Source of the DNA: Fimbriimonadia bacterium
GTDB lineage: Bacteria > Armatimonadota > Fimbriimonadia > Fimbriimonadales > JABRVX01
Assembly: GCA_041483895.1 (NCBI GenBank)
Contig: JBGPGO010000003.1
Span: 1-64,000 of the forward strand
Direction: 5' to 3'
Length of the DNA: 64,000 nucleotides
Shown here: positions 31,613 through 42,419 of the stretch, piece by piece
Layout of the letters: each line of letters begins with the position of its first letter
Position numbering within the stretch: the first letter of the stretch is position 1
Translations under genes and position numbers: made by a program
Notes under the pieces: generated by a model
What the model was told of the DNA's origin: nothing
Database searches by the model: none
Seen by the model: only the letters and a program-made list of their open reading frames with translations

Positions 31613-32542
31613 TTAGTCGCGCTTGATTTTTGACCCGAACTCGTCGAGGAATTCCGCGATGTCGGAAAGTCGGAATCGCCTCTGGTTTCCCTTGGTGCGG
31701 TGGTGCCGCAGCCATCCCTTGTTCGTATATCGCCGGACCGTCGTCGGGCACACGCCGAGCAGCTTCGCCGCATCTTCCAGCGACAGCTCCGGATTGGCAA
31801 TGCGGGAGAGCGTCTCCGCGCGCGATTCCTGCTTGGGCTTTCGGTAGTATCGTCGCACCACGTCGTCGTTCCCCAATGCCGACAACCCGATGAGGCGATC
31901 CGAAAGCATTCCAGTGTCGCCGCCGCTCCCTTCCGCGTTCTTGCGCCGTGGCCTGGGTCCCGAAAGTTCCGGCCGCTTGAGCCGCCTACTGGGCTTTGGA
32001 GAGCGGTATTGGACCGCGGATTTCGCCTTTGGCTGATCTCCCATTTGAACGATGGCCTTTGGCGTTGGAACTAAATCTTTTCCCGGCTTCCTGTCATCAC
32101 GCAGGCTGGGAAGATAATCCTCGATCTTTGGGATTCGCAACTGGATGTCGTCTGTTTCGAATGGCTTGCGGGTCCGAAGTATGGGCCGGAAAGTCGGCGG
32201 TTCCTCCCGCACGGCCTCCGCGACGACCGGTTCCGGGACCTGATTGGGGACCGGCCCAGGGACGGGCTTTTCTTCAATGGGTTTCGTGGTCGTAAGCTCG
32301 GCGTCTTTCGGATCGGCGGGCACCGGCGGCGGCGGACCGACCATCCCCGATCGGACGGACCCCGTCGGTGGCAGGTTTACGGGACCCAGCGGCGTTCTGG
32401 CCCGTGCGGGGATCTCACGCCGGGCGGTCCGAAGCGGCGGCGTTGCCGGTCCGGTGGCTTTCGCTTCCGCCGGCCGGTCGTCCAAAAACTGGCTGTCGAT
32501 GTATGCGTAAATGTCCTCAAAACCCGGAAGTCTCTCTTCCAT
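31613..32542 (-). CDS. Pro-rich disordered protein with C-terminal excisionase/MerR-like HTH
   Basis: LSLEDAAKLLGVCPTTVRRYTNKG.L...RT.GNQRRF. Confidence 0.8.
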   Translation of the reverse strand: MEERLPGFEDIYAYIDSQFLDDRPAEAKATGPATPPLRTARREIPARARTPLGPVNLPPTGSVRSGMVGPPPPVPADPKDAELTTTKPIEEKPVPGPVPNQVPEPVVAEAVREEPPTFRPILRTRKPFETDDIQLRIPKIEDYLPSLRDDRKPGKDLVPTPKAIVQMGDQPKAKSAVQYRSPKPSRRLKRPELSGPRPRRKNAEGSGGDTGMLSDRLIGLSALGNDDVVRRYYRKPKQESRAETLSRIANPELSLEDAAKLLGVCPTTVRRYTNKGWLRHHRTKGNQRRFRLSDIAEFLDEFGSKIKRD

Positions 32543-32552
32543 GCTCGACCCC

Positions 32553-33548
32553 CTACAAGATTGCCATCGAATCCCCAAAGCTGAGGAACCGATACCCTGC
32601 CTTCATCGCGGCATCATATGCCGCCAATACACGCTCGCGTCCTGCGAAGGCGCAAATCATCACCAGCATCGTCGTCTTGGGAAGGTGAAAATTGGTCACT
32701 ATTCCCGACACCGCTTTAAAATGATATCCCGGCGCGATGAACAAATCGGTTCTTCTCTCGAATCCGACGGCATTCGATTCTAGCACCCGAACCGACGTCG
32801 TTCCTACGGCGATCACCCGACCTTTTACCCCACGAAGGGTCTCCGCCGTTGCCTCGGTAACCACAAAGTTTTCCCCATGCAACCGCACATCGGCAAGAGC
32901 GCCTTCCGGCAACGGACGAAACGTGTCCAGCCCGATGTGAAGAGTTACTTTCGCTATCTTCACGCCCTTTCCTTCGATGTTTTGCAGCAGCTCATGAGAG
33001 AAGTGGAGACCGGCGGTCGGGGCGGCCGCGCTCCCGTCCACACCGGCGTACACGGTCTGGTATCGGCCGGCGTCGGGCAAATTGCCGTGGAAATAGGGAG
33101 GGAGCGGCATCTGGCCGGCATTCGCGATCTCGTCATCAAACACGACGACGCGAAGGCCGGCCTCGATTTCCTCGAGCACCGTGGCGTTGGGCGCGTCCTC
33201 GAATACAATCCGGGCCCCCGTCCGCAATCGCCGCGCCGGACGGACCATCGCCTCGTACCGTCGATCTCCGAGCGGCCGCATCAGCAGAACTTCAACGCCG
33301 GCGCCTGTCGGCTTCTTGCCAACCAGCCGCCGGGCGCTGACGCGCGTGTCATTGAGGACCAATAGATCGCCCGGTTCGAGAAGGTCGGGCAGGTCGCGGA
33401 ACAGCTTATGATGCAGCGCGCCTCCATCGCGGGGCAGGACGAGCAGCCGCGACGATTCCCTGGGCTCAGCCGGGGATTGGGCAATAAACTCCGGCGGCAG
33501 GTCATAGTCGAACAGATCGATCGTTTCGGGTTCGGTGACGGGAGGCAT
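32553..33548 (-). CDS. queA: S-adenosylmethionine:tRNA ribosyltransferase-isomerase
   Basis: FDYDLP...IAQ.P, NDTRV..RL, PLPPY, YQTVYA..GS.AAPTAGLHF, TNFHLP, YRF.SFGD. Confidence 0.96.
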   Translation of the reverse strand: MPPVTEPETIDLFDYDLPPEFIAQSPAEPRESSRLLVLPRDGGALHHKLFRDLPDLLEPGDLLVLNDTRVSARRLVGKKPTGAGVEVLLMRPLGDRRYEAMVRPARRLRTGARIVFEDAPNATVLEEIEAGLRVVVFDDEIANAGQMPLPPYFHGNLPDAGRYQTVYAGVDGSAAAPTAGLHFSHELLQNIEGKGVKIAKVTLHIGLDTFRPLPEGALADVRLHGENFVVTEATAETLRGVKGRVIAVGTTSVRVLESNAVGFERRTDLFIAPGYHFKAVSGIVTNFHLPKTTMLVMICAFAGRERVLAAYDAAMKAGYRFLSFGDSMAIL

Positions 33549-33550
33549 GG

Positions 33551-34246
33551 CTAGAAAAGTCTGAGCAGCTCCGACAGGTGGTGGATTGTTACACACTCGG
33601 CATCCGACGTGCCCGCCCGATCGAGCAGGACTGGGAAGAGACCGAAATCGCGCGCTCCTCCGACATCGTCCACCGGGTCGTCTCCCACGTGCACGATCTC
33701 GAAGGGCTCGTAGCCGAGCCGACGGACCGCCATGCTGAAAATCCGGTTGTCCGGCTTCTCCCATTCAAGCTCCAGCGAGGCGAGGGTGAATTCGATGTAG
33801 GGAGACAGGCCGACGAGATCGAGCACGGAATGGAGCGTATCGTCCCAATTGGAGATGATGGCCAAGCGTATTCGCCGCTCTTTCAGTCGTCTCAACGTTT
33901 CGAACACATCGGGATAGACCACCCAAAAGGGCGAGGGCTCCGCAAACAGCCGAGCCTCCGATTCTCTAACGATCCAGGCCGCATCCGAAAAGCTGACCCC
34001 GGCAATGTCTTGCACGAACGCCCTCCAAAACTCGCGGCGACCCTTCGCGCCATGCCTGCGAACCGCATCGTGATAGGCGGAGTGCCTTTCACGGAACATT
34101 TCGCCGAATGTTGCCGCAATGCGATCCGGCTCGCTCAGGATGCCCTTTTCCGCTAGTAGATTTGTAATCATTGCCACCGGTTCGTAGCGGACGTCAACGA
34201 GTGTTCCGGCGGCATCAAAGGTGACCGCTTTCGGCGATATGGACAT
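33551..34246 (-). CDS. HAD-superfamily hydrolase
   Basis: FDAAGTL, ISNWD, EKPD..IF, HVGDD...DV.GA. Confidence 0.92.
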   Translation of the reverse strand: MSISPKAVTFDAAGTLVDVRYEPVAMITNLLAEKGILSEPDRIAATFGEMFRERHSAYHDAVRRHGAKGRREFWRAFVQDIAGVSFSDAAWIVRESEARLFAEPSPFWVVYPDVFETLRRLKERRIRLAIISNWDDTLHSVLDLVGLSPYIEFTLASLELEWEKPDNRIFSMAVRRLGYEPFEIVHVGDDPVDDVGGARDFGLFPVLLDRAGTSDAECVTIHHLSELLRLF

Positions 34247-34417
34247 GCCGATGATTTTACCAAGAGTAAACCAGGCGAGGATTTTGCCAAATTCAGAATA
34301 TCTTGGGCCGAATCGCAAGTATTGGAAACCGGAAACTATGTCATAATCACAATCTAAATGAGTCGGTCCAGACCGGGCCGGCCGCGCCTTTGTGCCTTTG
34401 TGGGAGTGTGACCAGGA

Positions 34418-35956
34418 ATGATCGACGAGGAATTAGAGCCGGGACAGACCGGTACGACCGAAATCGCAGCCGGCGTTTCGGATGACAGGCCGCCCGTCGC
34501 AGAACAGCCCGAACCGACCGTGCCGAATGTCGGACCGTCAGCCGCGGCTCCGAGCGCAACGGAAGAACAGCCAATGAGCATGGAGGAGGCCCTCCAGGAT
34601 GAGAGCCTTCGGAATGTGTTCGAAGGCACCTTCAAGCGAGTCAAGCGGGGGCAGCTTGTTCATGGCACGATAGTCCGAGTGGATACGGACCGCGTGTTTG
34701 TGGACCTTGGCGGCAAGACCGAGGGCGTCATACAGCTCAACGAACTGGCATCTGAGACGCTCACGACCGCGGAAGGGTTTGTAAGTGTCGGCGATCAGAT
34801 TTCTGCCGTCGTGCTGCAATCGGAAGGCAAGGACGGCAACGCCGAGCTGTCCAAAAAGCGGGCGGATTTCGAGGATTCCTGGGTCAAAATTGAGGAAGCT
34901 CACAAGAATCAGGTGACCATCACGGCCCCTGTTACGGAGCGGGTAAAGGGTGGCCTGGTCGTTGATATTGGAGTCCGGGGCTTTGTTCCCGCGACACACG
35001 TCGGCAACGGCAAGCTCCGCAACATCGAGCGCTACGTCGGTATGAGCATCCCGCTCAAGATTCTGGAGATCGATCGCGACCGCCGGAAAGTGGTTCTCTC
35101 GAACCGATTGGCCGAAGACGAACTGCGATCCACGGCCAAGAACACAGTTTTCTCCTCTCTGCAGGTTGGCGACATCGTTGACGGCGTAGTTCGAAGGCTC
35201 GTGGACTACGGCGCGTTCGTAGACGTTGGCGGCGTGGACGGACTGCTCCATGTAAGCGAAATGTCGTGGACCCGCGTCAACCACCCTTCGGAAGTCCTGA
35301 AGGACGGCGATGAAATCAAGGTCAAGGTGCTTCGCCTCGATCCTGAATCGGGCAAGATTTCCCTTGGGTACCGCCAGGTTCTCCCCGATCCGTGGAGCGT
35401 CGTCGCCGAGCGCTACAAGCCCGAACAGGTCATTGAGGCGCCCATCTCCCGCATCGTCCAGACCGGTGCGTTTGTGAAGCTGCCGGAAGGCGTGGAGGCA
35501 TGGCTTCCGGTCCGCGAGATGTCGCAGCGGCGGATTGGAAAGCCTTCCGATGTCGTATCCGAAGGGCAGATCGTCAAGGTTCAAATCCGTGACATGAAGC
35601 CGAAGGAGCGCCGCATGGAGGTCAGCCTGCGTGCTCTGGAGCAGGACGCCGAGCGGCAGGTCATCGAAAAGCACACTCGCAACACCCATCGCGGCGGGGC
35701 CACGATAGGCGAGCGGCTGGGTGCGTTGAAGCAGTTCCTGACCGATGACGAGCCGCACGACGTGGTCGCCGTCATAGAAGAACCTGCTGCCGAACCGAAG
35801 AAGGCAAAGGCGGCCAAGGCGCCGAAAGCGGCGAAACCTGAGCCCGTAGCTGAAGCAACGGTCGCCGAAGCGCCCGTGGAAAGTTCGAACGGGGAGGCGG
35901 AGCCGTCCGATCCGGTGGAACCGACGGCGGTTGCGGAAGAGACGCCCACCGCCTAA
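34418..35956 (+). CDS. rpsA: 30S ribosomal protein S1 (four S1 domains, low-complexity termini)
   Basis: VKGGLVVDIGVRGFVP, YGAFVDVGGVDGLLHVSEMSW. Confidence 0.93.
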   Translation: MIDEELEPGQTGTTEIAAGVSDDRPPVAEQPEPTVPNVGPSAAAPSATEEQPMSMEEALQDESLRNVFEGTFKRVKRGQLVHGTIVRVDTDRVFVDLGGKTEGVIQLNELASETLTTAEGFVSVGDQISAVVLQSEGKDGNAELSKKRADFEDSWVKIEEAHKNQVTITAPVTERVKGGLVVDIGVRGFVPATHVGNGKLRNIERYVGMSIPLKILEIDRDRRKVVLSNRLAEDELRSTAKNTVFSSLQVGDIVDGVVRRLVDYGAFVDVGGVDGLLHVSEMSWTRVNHPSEVLKDGDEIKVKVLRLDPESGKISLGYRQVLPDPWSVVAERYKPEQVIEAPISRIVQTGAFVKLPEGVEAWLPVREMSQRRIGKPSDVVSEGQIVKVQIRDMKPKERRMEVSLRALEQDAERQVIEKHTRNTHRGGATIGERLGALKQFLTDDEPHDVVAVIEEPAAEPKKAKAAKAPKAAKPEPVAEATVAEAPVESSNGEAEPSDPVEPTAVAEETPTA

Positions 35957-35986
35957 CCGGATCGCAATGAATCCAAAGGCCCCAGA

Positions 35987-36607
35987 TTGAAATGCGCGGC
36001 CTTTTCGTGTTTGCGGGTTGCGATCACAGGGGGCGCCGCCACCGGGAAGTCCACCATTCTGGCCTACTTTGGCACCCTTGGCGCGGCCTGTTTCAGCGCC
36101 GATGACTTCGCCCGCACGATCACTTCGCCGGGATCACCCATCCTCAAGCGGCTTGCAAGGCTTGCCGGCAACGACATCCTGTCCCCAAACGGCTCTCTTC
36201 GTCGAAAAGAGCTGGCGAAGCGCATGTTTGGCGACCCCCAGCTTCGAAAAGTGGTCGAATCGATCCTGCATCCGGCAATCCAGAAGGCGATGGAGGCGGC
36301 ATCGAAGGCAGACCCGCGGCCGATTCACTGCTTCGAAATCCCACTATTGATCGAATCGGGAACTCAAAACCGCTACGATTCGGTCATACTTTGCCGGTGC
36401 GGACATCAGGAACAGCTGCGCAGACTCACGGAGCGTCTGGTAGGAGATGAGGCCTTGGCACGAAGAATATTGGATGCGCAGGCTACGGACAAGGCGCGAA
36501 GACCCTTCGCGGACACTGTTGTGATGACGAATCGTCCGCCGGGATCGGTCGAAAAAAGGGTCAAGACGATATTTGCGAACCTAAAGAATAAGTTGAACGT
36601 CGGTTGA
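35987..36607 (+). CDS. coaE: Dephospho-CoA kinase
   Basis: ITGGAATGKST, AD..AR, ILHP.I, EIPLLIE. Confidence 0.9.
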   Translation: MKCAAFSCLRVAITGGAATGKSTILAYFGTLGAACFSADDFARTITSPGSPILKRLARLAGNDILSPNGSLRRKELAKRMFGDPQLRKVVESILHPAIQKAMEAASKADPRPIHCFEIPLLIESGTQNRYDSVILCRCGHQEQLRRLTERLVGDEALARRILDAQATDKARRPFADTVVMTNRPPGSVEKRVKTIFANLKNKLNVG

Positions 36608-36630
36608 ATGATAGGCCATGCGGAAACAGC

Positions 36631-36659
36631 GTGACACCCAGCAATCCTTATGCTATAAT
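36631..36659 (+). promoter_or_regulatory. sigma70 promoter of the surface-protein operon
   Basis: GTGACA-17 nt-TATAAT with extended TG. Confidence 0.75.
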
Positions 36660-36715
36660 TCCGCGTCACGTAGGGACGCGTGGCTCGTACCGGCGACTCA
36701 GGAGGTTTATGCCCT

Positions 36716-39700
36716 GTGAAACGACATGGCGTGAGGATAATCGCGGTTCTTTCGTGTGCTACGCTGTTTCTGGCTGCTTCCGTTCCCTGTTTTTCTCAGA
36801 AAACCGCGGCGAACACGGGTCAAGGCTCCAAGACGGGGACAGTGGGATCCAAGATTCCACCCGGTCCGAAGGGCGAGCTCAAGCTTCAGGCAGTGCCCAA
36901 GGGCACATTTGATCCATCCAACAGGGTACCGCCGATCCCAGGTGTGCCGGCCAGAAACGTCATCAAGTCCTCGCTGAAGAAGGATTCATTGATGGCGGGC
37001 CGCAAGGGTCCGTTCTCGATTGACGAAGCAAAGCAGCGGATTAAGAACGCTCAGGGCGGCCGGGGCGGCCCACCCCAGGATCGCGACATCACGTTGACCG
37101 CCGCGGACGTTTTGCAGCCCTTCTATGCCAATGCCGATACACGGGTCTGGCTCGCCACGAACGCCACGGGAGTGGACACCGCCACTCGGCTCGCGTACGA
37201 CGGAACCGGGCTGGCCTACCATTTATGGAGCGTCGACCGTGACGGCAAGAACGCCGTCCAACGAACGGGCAAGGATTCCACGGTTCCGGAAGAGGTCACC
37301 GGCGAGCAGATGTATCCGCATCTCAACATCGCCTCGAACGTTTTGGTCTATAGCCATCGCAATACCCCTGGCGCTGGGGATTTCAAGGTCCGTGTCCGCA
37401 ATTTGGGAACGGGTCAGAAGCCGATTTCCATTGGTATCGATACGACCATTCCGCTCGGTGACATGATCCACCCGCGCCTGAGTTCGACCGGTGATGTGGT
37501 GTTTTCCGCCCGCCTTGCCGCCGGCGGCACCTATAAGATATTCATTGCCAAGTCCAACGGCACAGCCTATAATGACGGCAAATTCGTCCACCAAATGACC
37601 GACGGGGGGACTTCCGACGACCTGACTCCCGATTGGGCGCCAACGGCGGACCGGATAGTTTTCACCCGACGTGCCCCGGACGGTTCGTCGCGGGTGTATG
37701 TGGCGTTCCTTACGAATCCGATTTTCATCCAGCAATACACGAATTTTAGCGTTACCGGAACGCCCTCGAAGGACAAGGATCCCGTTTTCCGCAGCGATGG
37801 AGCGAGACTGCTTTTCGCTTCGACGCGCAAGGCTCGCGTGAGCGGCAAATTGGCGTTTCGCGTTGCGGCAACCGAGATAGGCACGAGCTACGACATCTAT
37901 ATGTTCAATCCGACGATTCCGGAGAACACGACCAACAACTTCGCGACGTCTCTAACGGCAGACCCGATGGACGGTATTGGAGAAGGGGCCACAGATCCGA
38001 CCGAAGCATTCAAGCAAAATGCGTTTGCCTATATCTCGGACCGGCCGAATCCTCCCGTCAGCGCTGGATTGCACGACGCTTGGGAGGGTCTCTTCGCTGA
38101 TGTGACGCCGCCGTTGCTCGAGGAGCTTCCCGTGATATCCGTGGATAACGCTACGGGCAACAAGGAAGGGTCTCCGGGCTCACAGGTCATGTTCGCCGCT
38201 CACGTGACAGATTTGCAGACCGGCGTTGCCAAAGTGTATGCACAGTTCAAGGACCCTGACGGCGCCGAATTCGACACCGATGGCGTTGAGCATCGTTTGT
38301 ACTTGCTTCTTTCCGGTGAAATTCCGGCTCCGTTCGGACAGTTGGCTTACCCGCAGACGGGACGGCAGATGGACCTGTTCGTGGAAATCGGGCAGGAGGT
38401 CGTCAATCCGTTCAACTATGGATTCGCGTTCCCTTGGTCCCTCTTTGTTGGCGCGGTAGGCGACGCGGATTTGCGCGACGGCCTGCAGCTATATGATGAC
38501 GGGCCTGTCAGCGGCGGCGGCCACGAACAGGAATGTCAGGTCAAAGGCGACGATATTTACACCAACGTCTGGACGACCCCACTGCAGGCGAGCGATTTTT
38601 ATCTGGATATCTTGGTGGAAGACGTTGCCGGCAATCAGCTCATCTACGACAACATTTCCGGCTTCACAACGCAGGCATTCGTCAGCAAGAATCCGATTCT
38701 ATTCGTAGCGGACTATATCGCCGGGCAGCTGTTTGTCCAAGATTTGAACTTCAATCCGAATTTGGGCCAGCAGTTCGCGCGTACCACGTGGGCGCCGGTC
38801 GAGAGCTATTGGACTCGCAACCCGGCAACTCACGGAACTCACGCGACCTTCTATTCCTCCACCGGAGCGCCGGCAGAGCCGTATTGGCCGTTTGGCCAGT
38901 CCTCAGCCTTCCCGCGCACGGGACAGACTCTTGACACGCTTGGCCCAGCGGCAATCTATAACAACTGCGATGTATGGCGGACCGAATGCCGCAACCCGAT
39001 TTCCCCGGCGATCGTCAACCAATATCTGCCCCGATTGGACGACCAGGTGGATCCATCGAATCCTGGCTCCACTCGCCAGGTTCTGGTCGCCGAGCGGGCT
39101 GTCGTTTGGGCCAACCCGTATACGAAAGACCTCTGGACCGGGCCGGTTGGGCTGGATCGGGAGTCGATACGAACGGTCATCAAACAGTATATGGACCTTG
39201 GCGGCCGGCTTGTCGCCAGCGGTCAGGATGTCGCCTGGGGTCTCACTCAGGGAGGCCAAATTCAGAGCGACCTTCTTTCCAATTACTTCAAGGCCCGCTA
39301 CGACACTGACAACGGTGCGGACGTAGACGTCGTCCAGTACCAGGCTTTACGGCACGATCTGCGCGATCGGCACGACATCGTTTCGTCGGCTCCTTGGGAT
39401 TACACTTGGCCTCGACCCGACGGATCCATTGACAACGTTGACGCAAACGGCTTTACACAAGACTTCCTGGCCGATCCGTCGCAGTTGCTTAAGATTCCTG
39501 GAATCGGTTTGGTGCTCCTCGTGCCCGGACTCGCCGTTACCGGCAACTTCATTGGAATTGATGGCGCATGGAACCAGCTTTGGATCGACGCGGTGACCCT
39601 CAACGGTACCGCACAGATTCCAAACCTGTGGGCGCCGTTTGAGTACCGAGAGGTGGGTCCAGCCGGCCCGTATGCCGCCGTCGCCACGTCGAATTCGGGC

Positions 39701-42373
39701 ACCCGTTCGAAAACCATGCTCATGGCGTTTGGTTTGGAAGGTGTTCATTCGGCTCATCGAATCGTGCAGACCGCGTTGGGTCCATTCGCTTACTCGGACA
39801 GCCGCCGCTATGAAATATTGCACGGCGCTCTGTCGTGGATGAGAACGGCCCGCGCCTACGGCCAGGTGTTTTCCATCGATCCGCAAACGTTGGAGAAGAA
39901 GCCGGAGCCGGGAGTGCTGGTTCGGTGGACCCAGGGCAGCGCCAAAGATCCGACCTACCTAGGGCAGATTTATGCCGGCCTCACAGACAGCGATGGCCAG
40001 TACATGATTTTGGGACTGACGCCGGGCCACTTCTTCGTCGATGCGGTCAAGCCTGGTTTCCGAATTCAGCACCCCGAAGTCATCTATGGTCTGCACGGTG
40101 GGGAGATTGAACGCTACACCGGTTCCGACGGGAATACGATGGACCTTATCATTACCAAGGAGCCGCCGGGAAGCGTGACCGGGAAAGTGGTGAACCAAAA
40201 CGGCGATCCGCTGCAGAACGTGACGGTCATATTCACATCGACGTTCCCGGGTGTTCCGGACGAAACTACAATCACAGACGCCGCGGGCAAATTCATCATG
40301 ACGATCGCCCCGGGGACCTATACGGTGACTGTTGACGGCACAGCGATTGGCTATAGCAACACGAGCGATCCGGCGTCGGTTAGTGTGAAGGTCGATTCTG
40401 GCTTGACCGTCGCAATCGACACGGGCCACGCGGATCCGCCTGGAAAAGATGCCTTCATCCTGTTCGCCGCGGTCGGAAACGCTACAGGCAAAGTAACGGA
40501 TTGCGACAGCGGAGACCCGATTCAGGGCGCTCAAGTTGTCGCAAAAATCACGCGGTTCGGTCAGCCGGTGGTTGTGGGACCGGTGATTACCGATGCCAAC
40601 GGCGACTATGACTTTACAGCCGCCGGCTTGTCGCTGCCGCCGGGCACCTACCAGTTGGTGGTTTCCGCGATTGGGTATCAAGGCAAAACGGTCTCCGCCG
40701 ACGTGACTTCCGGAGGCAATGTTGTTACCCCGGTGTGCCTCAACACGGTTCCGCCCCGCGTCCTGCGCTCGTACGTGAAGGTGAAGCTCGGCAGCGGATC
40801 ATCTTTCGAAGATGCTCCGGAAAATATGCCGGTGAACGTGTACTTAAACAACATTCTCGTTTGCACGGCGATGACATTCAAACCGTCGCAGATAAGCACC
40901 GGTCACCAATACAATGTTGAGTTTACAGAATCGTGCAAGCTCGGCGATAACGCCAACAAGTATAAGCTTGTTGTTGATACGACAGGGTTTGGATTGAAGC
41001 AGTCCGCGGATATCATGGTTTTGGTCCCGGACGGAGCGTCGCCCGCGGACGGCAAGCCTGCCTATTCCTTGGATATCGTTCTCGAAGCGCTGCACACGTT
41101 CTCGAAGTTCAATAACCTGGTCTCGACGCCGTACAACTACTCCGGCATGGACCCGAAGATATTGCTCGACGGAACGAGCAGCTTCCGGTTCTCGACTTGG
41201 GACACTGGAACGGGACTGTTCATCAAATATCCGTCCGCGCCCGCCAATGAATTTATTATCGGCAAGGGGTATTTCCTTTCGGACAGCAAGAGCATGGCCC
41301 TGAAGACCTCCGCCACGACGGCGGATGTTAACAGCCTGTTCCCGATACCGATCAAAGCTGGATGGAATCTGATCGGCGACCCGTTCCTGTTCGAAGTTCG
41401 TCTGGAAGGCTCGCAAGTTTCCGGACCGACGGGCATCGTTTCCTTTACCCAAGCGGTGGCAAACGGCTGGGTCAATCCGGTTATCTACACTGTCACAGAC
41501 AACTATCCGACCGCGGTGTTTACTCTGCGCACCTGGGTTGGATACTGGTTCTACGCGTTCACGGACGTCACGTTGCTCGTCGATCCGACGAGCAAGCCGG
41601 GCGGTTTCGGTCCGGATGCTTTTAGCAACCCGTCAGACGGATGGCGTCTTAATCTGCAGGTTTCGACATCGAACGGTGTAAAGGACATGTCATCCATGAT
41701 TGGTGTGTCGCAAAACGCCGCGAACGGCTACGACAGTCGGTATGACTTCCGGCGGCCGCCGCAACAGGAAGGCGATTTCATTCAAATCGCATTCCGACCG
41801 AACGATTGGGGCGCCAACAACGGTCTATATATGTCGGATATTCGGAGCGCATCCACGTTGCAGCAGACTTGGAAGTTCAATGTGGAAACCAACGTTGCCG
41901 GAGCGGATGTCACCTTGCGATGGCCGAGTCTCAGCCACATGGCAAGAGGTATCAACCTCGTGCTCGTGGACGAGACGACCGGCAAGCGGATTTTCATGCG
42001 GTCCAACTCCTCCTATCTATTCAAGATGGGACAGGCTGGAGGCAGGCCGTTCCGCATCGAGACCATCAGCGCGAATCAGATTCTCCGGATTACGAATCCG
42101 GTCGCACAGTCGAGTCGTGGCGGAGTCAGCATCAGTTACTCATTGACTTCGGAAGCGAATGTCCAGGTCACAGTTCTCGGACCGACCGGGAAAGCAATCC
42201 GGCAGCTTACGAACAACGTAGCCGCTCACGCGGGTGCACAATCAGTGTCTTGGGACGGTCGCGATGGTCTGGGCATCGCGCTCCCGCCCGGCGCGTACAC
42301 GATCGAGGTCCGCGCGAGTACGGAGGACGACCAGATAGCCCGAACCGTAACGCCGGTGGTCCTAACACGATAA
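36716..42373 (+). CDS. Giant secreted protein: TolB-like propeller, carboxypeptidase-regulatory-like repeats, C-terminal FlgD-Ig module
   Basis: Signal peptide; PDWAP..DRIVF, G.V.G.V....G.P...V repeats; WDGRD..G..LPPG.Y; GTG start after GGAGG. Confidence 0.85.
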   Translation: MKRHGVRIIAVLSCATLFLAASVPCFSQKTAANTGQGSKTGTVGSKIPPGPKGELKLQAVPKGTFDPSNRVPPIPGVPARNVIKSSLKKDSLMAGRKGPFSIDEAKQRIKNAQGGRGGPPQDRDITLTAADVLQPFYANADTRVWLATNATGVDTATRLAYDGTGLAYHLWSVDRDGKNAVQRTGKDSTVPEEVTGEQMYPHLNIASNVLVYSHRNTPGAGDFKVRVRNLGTGQKPISIGIDTTIPLGDMIHPRLSSTGDVVFSARLAAGGTYKIFIAKSNGTAYNDGKFVHQMTDGGTSDDLTPDWAPTADRIVFTRRAPDGSSRVYVAFLTNPIFIQQYTNFSVTGTPSKDKDPVFRSDGARLLFASTRKARVSGKLAFRVAATEIGTSYDIYMFNPTIPENTTNNFATSLTADPMDGIGEGATDPTEAFKQNAFAYISDRPNPPVSAGLHDAWEGLFADVTPPLLEELPVISVDNATGNKEGSPGSQVMFAAHVTDLQTGVAKVYAQFKDPDGAEFDTDGVEHRLYLLLSGEIPAPFGQLAYPQTGRQMDLFVEIGQEVVNPFNYGFAFPWSLFVGAVGDADLRDGLQLYDDGPVSGGGHEQECQVKGDDIYTNVWTTPLQASDFYLDILVEDVAGNQLIYDNISGFTTQAFVSKNPILFVADYIAGQLFVQDLNFNPNLGQQFARTTWAPVESYWTRNPATHGTHATFYSSTGAPAEPYWPFGQSSAFPRTGQTLDTLGPAAIYNNCDVWRTECRNPISPAIVNQYLPRLDDQVDPSNPGSTRQVLVAERAVVWANPYTKDLWTGPVGLDRESIRTVIKQYMDLGGRLVASGQDVAWGLTQGGQIQSDLLSNYFKARYDTDNGADVDVVQYQALRHDLRDRHDIVSSAPWDYTWPRPDGSIDNVDANGFTQDFLADPSQLLKIPGIGLVLLVPGLAVTGNFIGIDGAWNQLWIDAVTLNGTAQIPNLWAPFEYREVGPAGPYAAVATSNSGTRSKTMLMAFGLEGVHSAHRIVQTALGPFAYSDSRRYEILHGALSWMRTARAYGQVFSIDPQTLEKKPEPGVLVRWTQGSAKDPTYLGQIYAGLTDSDGQYMILGLTPGHFFVDAVKPGFRIQHPEVIYGLHGGEIERYTGSDGNTMDLIITKEPPGSVTGKVVNQNGDPLQNVTVIFTSTFPGVPDETTITDAAGKFIMTIAPGTYTVTVDGTAIGYSNTSDPASVSVKVDSGLTVAIDTGHADPPGKDAFILFAAVGNATGKVTDCDSGDPIQGAQVVAKITRFGQPVVVGPVITDANGDYDFTAAGLSLPPGTYQLVVSAIGYQGKTVSADVTSGGNVVTPVCLNTVPPRVLRSYVKVKLGSGSSFEDAPENMPVNVYLNNILVCTAMTFKPSQISTGHQYNVEFTESCKLGDNANKYKLVVDTTGFGLKQSADIMVLVPDGASPADGKPAYSLDIVLEALHTFSKFNNLVSTPYNYSGMDPKILLDGTSSFRFSTWDTGTGLFIKYPSAPANEFIIGKGYFLSDSKSMALKTSATTADVNSLFPIPIKAGWNLIGDPFLFEVRLEGSQVSGPTGIVSFTQAVANGWVNPVIYTVTDNYPTAVFTLRTWVGYWFYAFTDVTLLVDPTSKPGGFGPDAFSNPSDGWRLNLQVSTSNGVKDMSSMIGVSQNAANGYDSRYDFRRPPQQEGDFIQIAFRPNDWGANNGLYMSDIRSASTLQQTWKFNVETNVAGADVTLRWPSLSHMARGINLVLVDETTGKRIFMRSNSSYLFKMGQAGGRPFRIETISANQILRITNPVAQSSRGGVSISYSLTSEANVQVTVLGPTGKAIRQLTNNVAAHAGAQSVSWDGRDGLGIALPPGAYTIEVRASTEDDQIARTVTPVVLTR

Positions 42374-42419
42374 TGCGTCCACCCAGAAACAGCACAGGCA
42401 TCACGGAGGAAGACATAAA

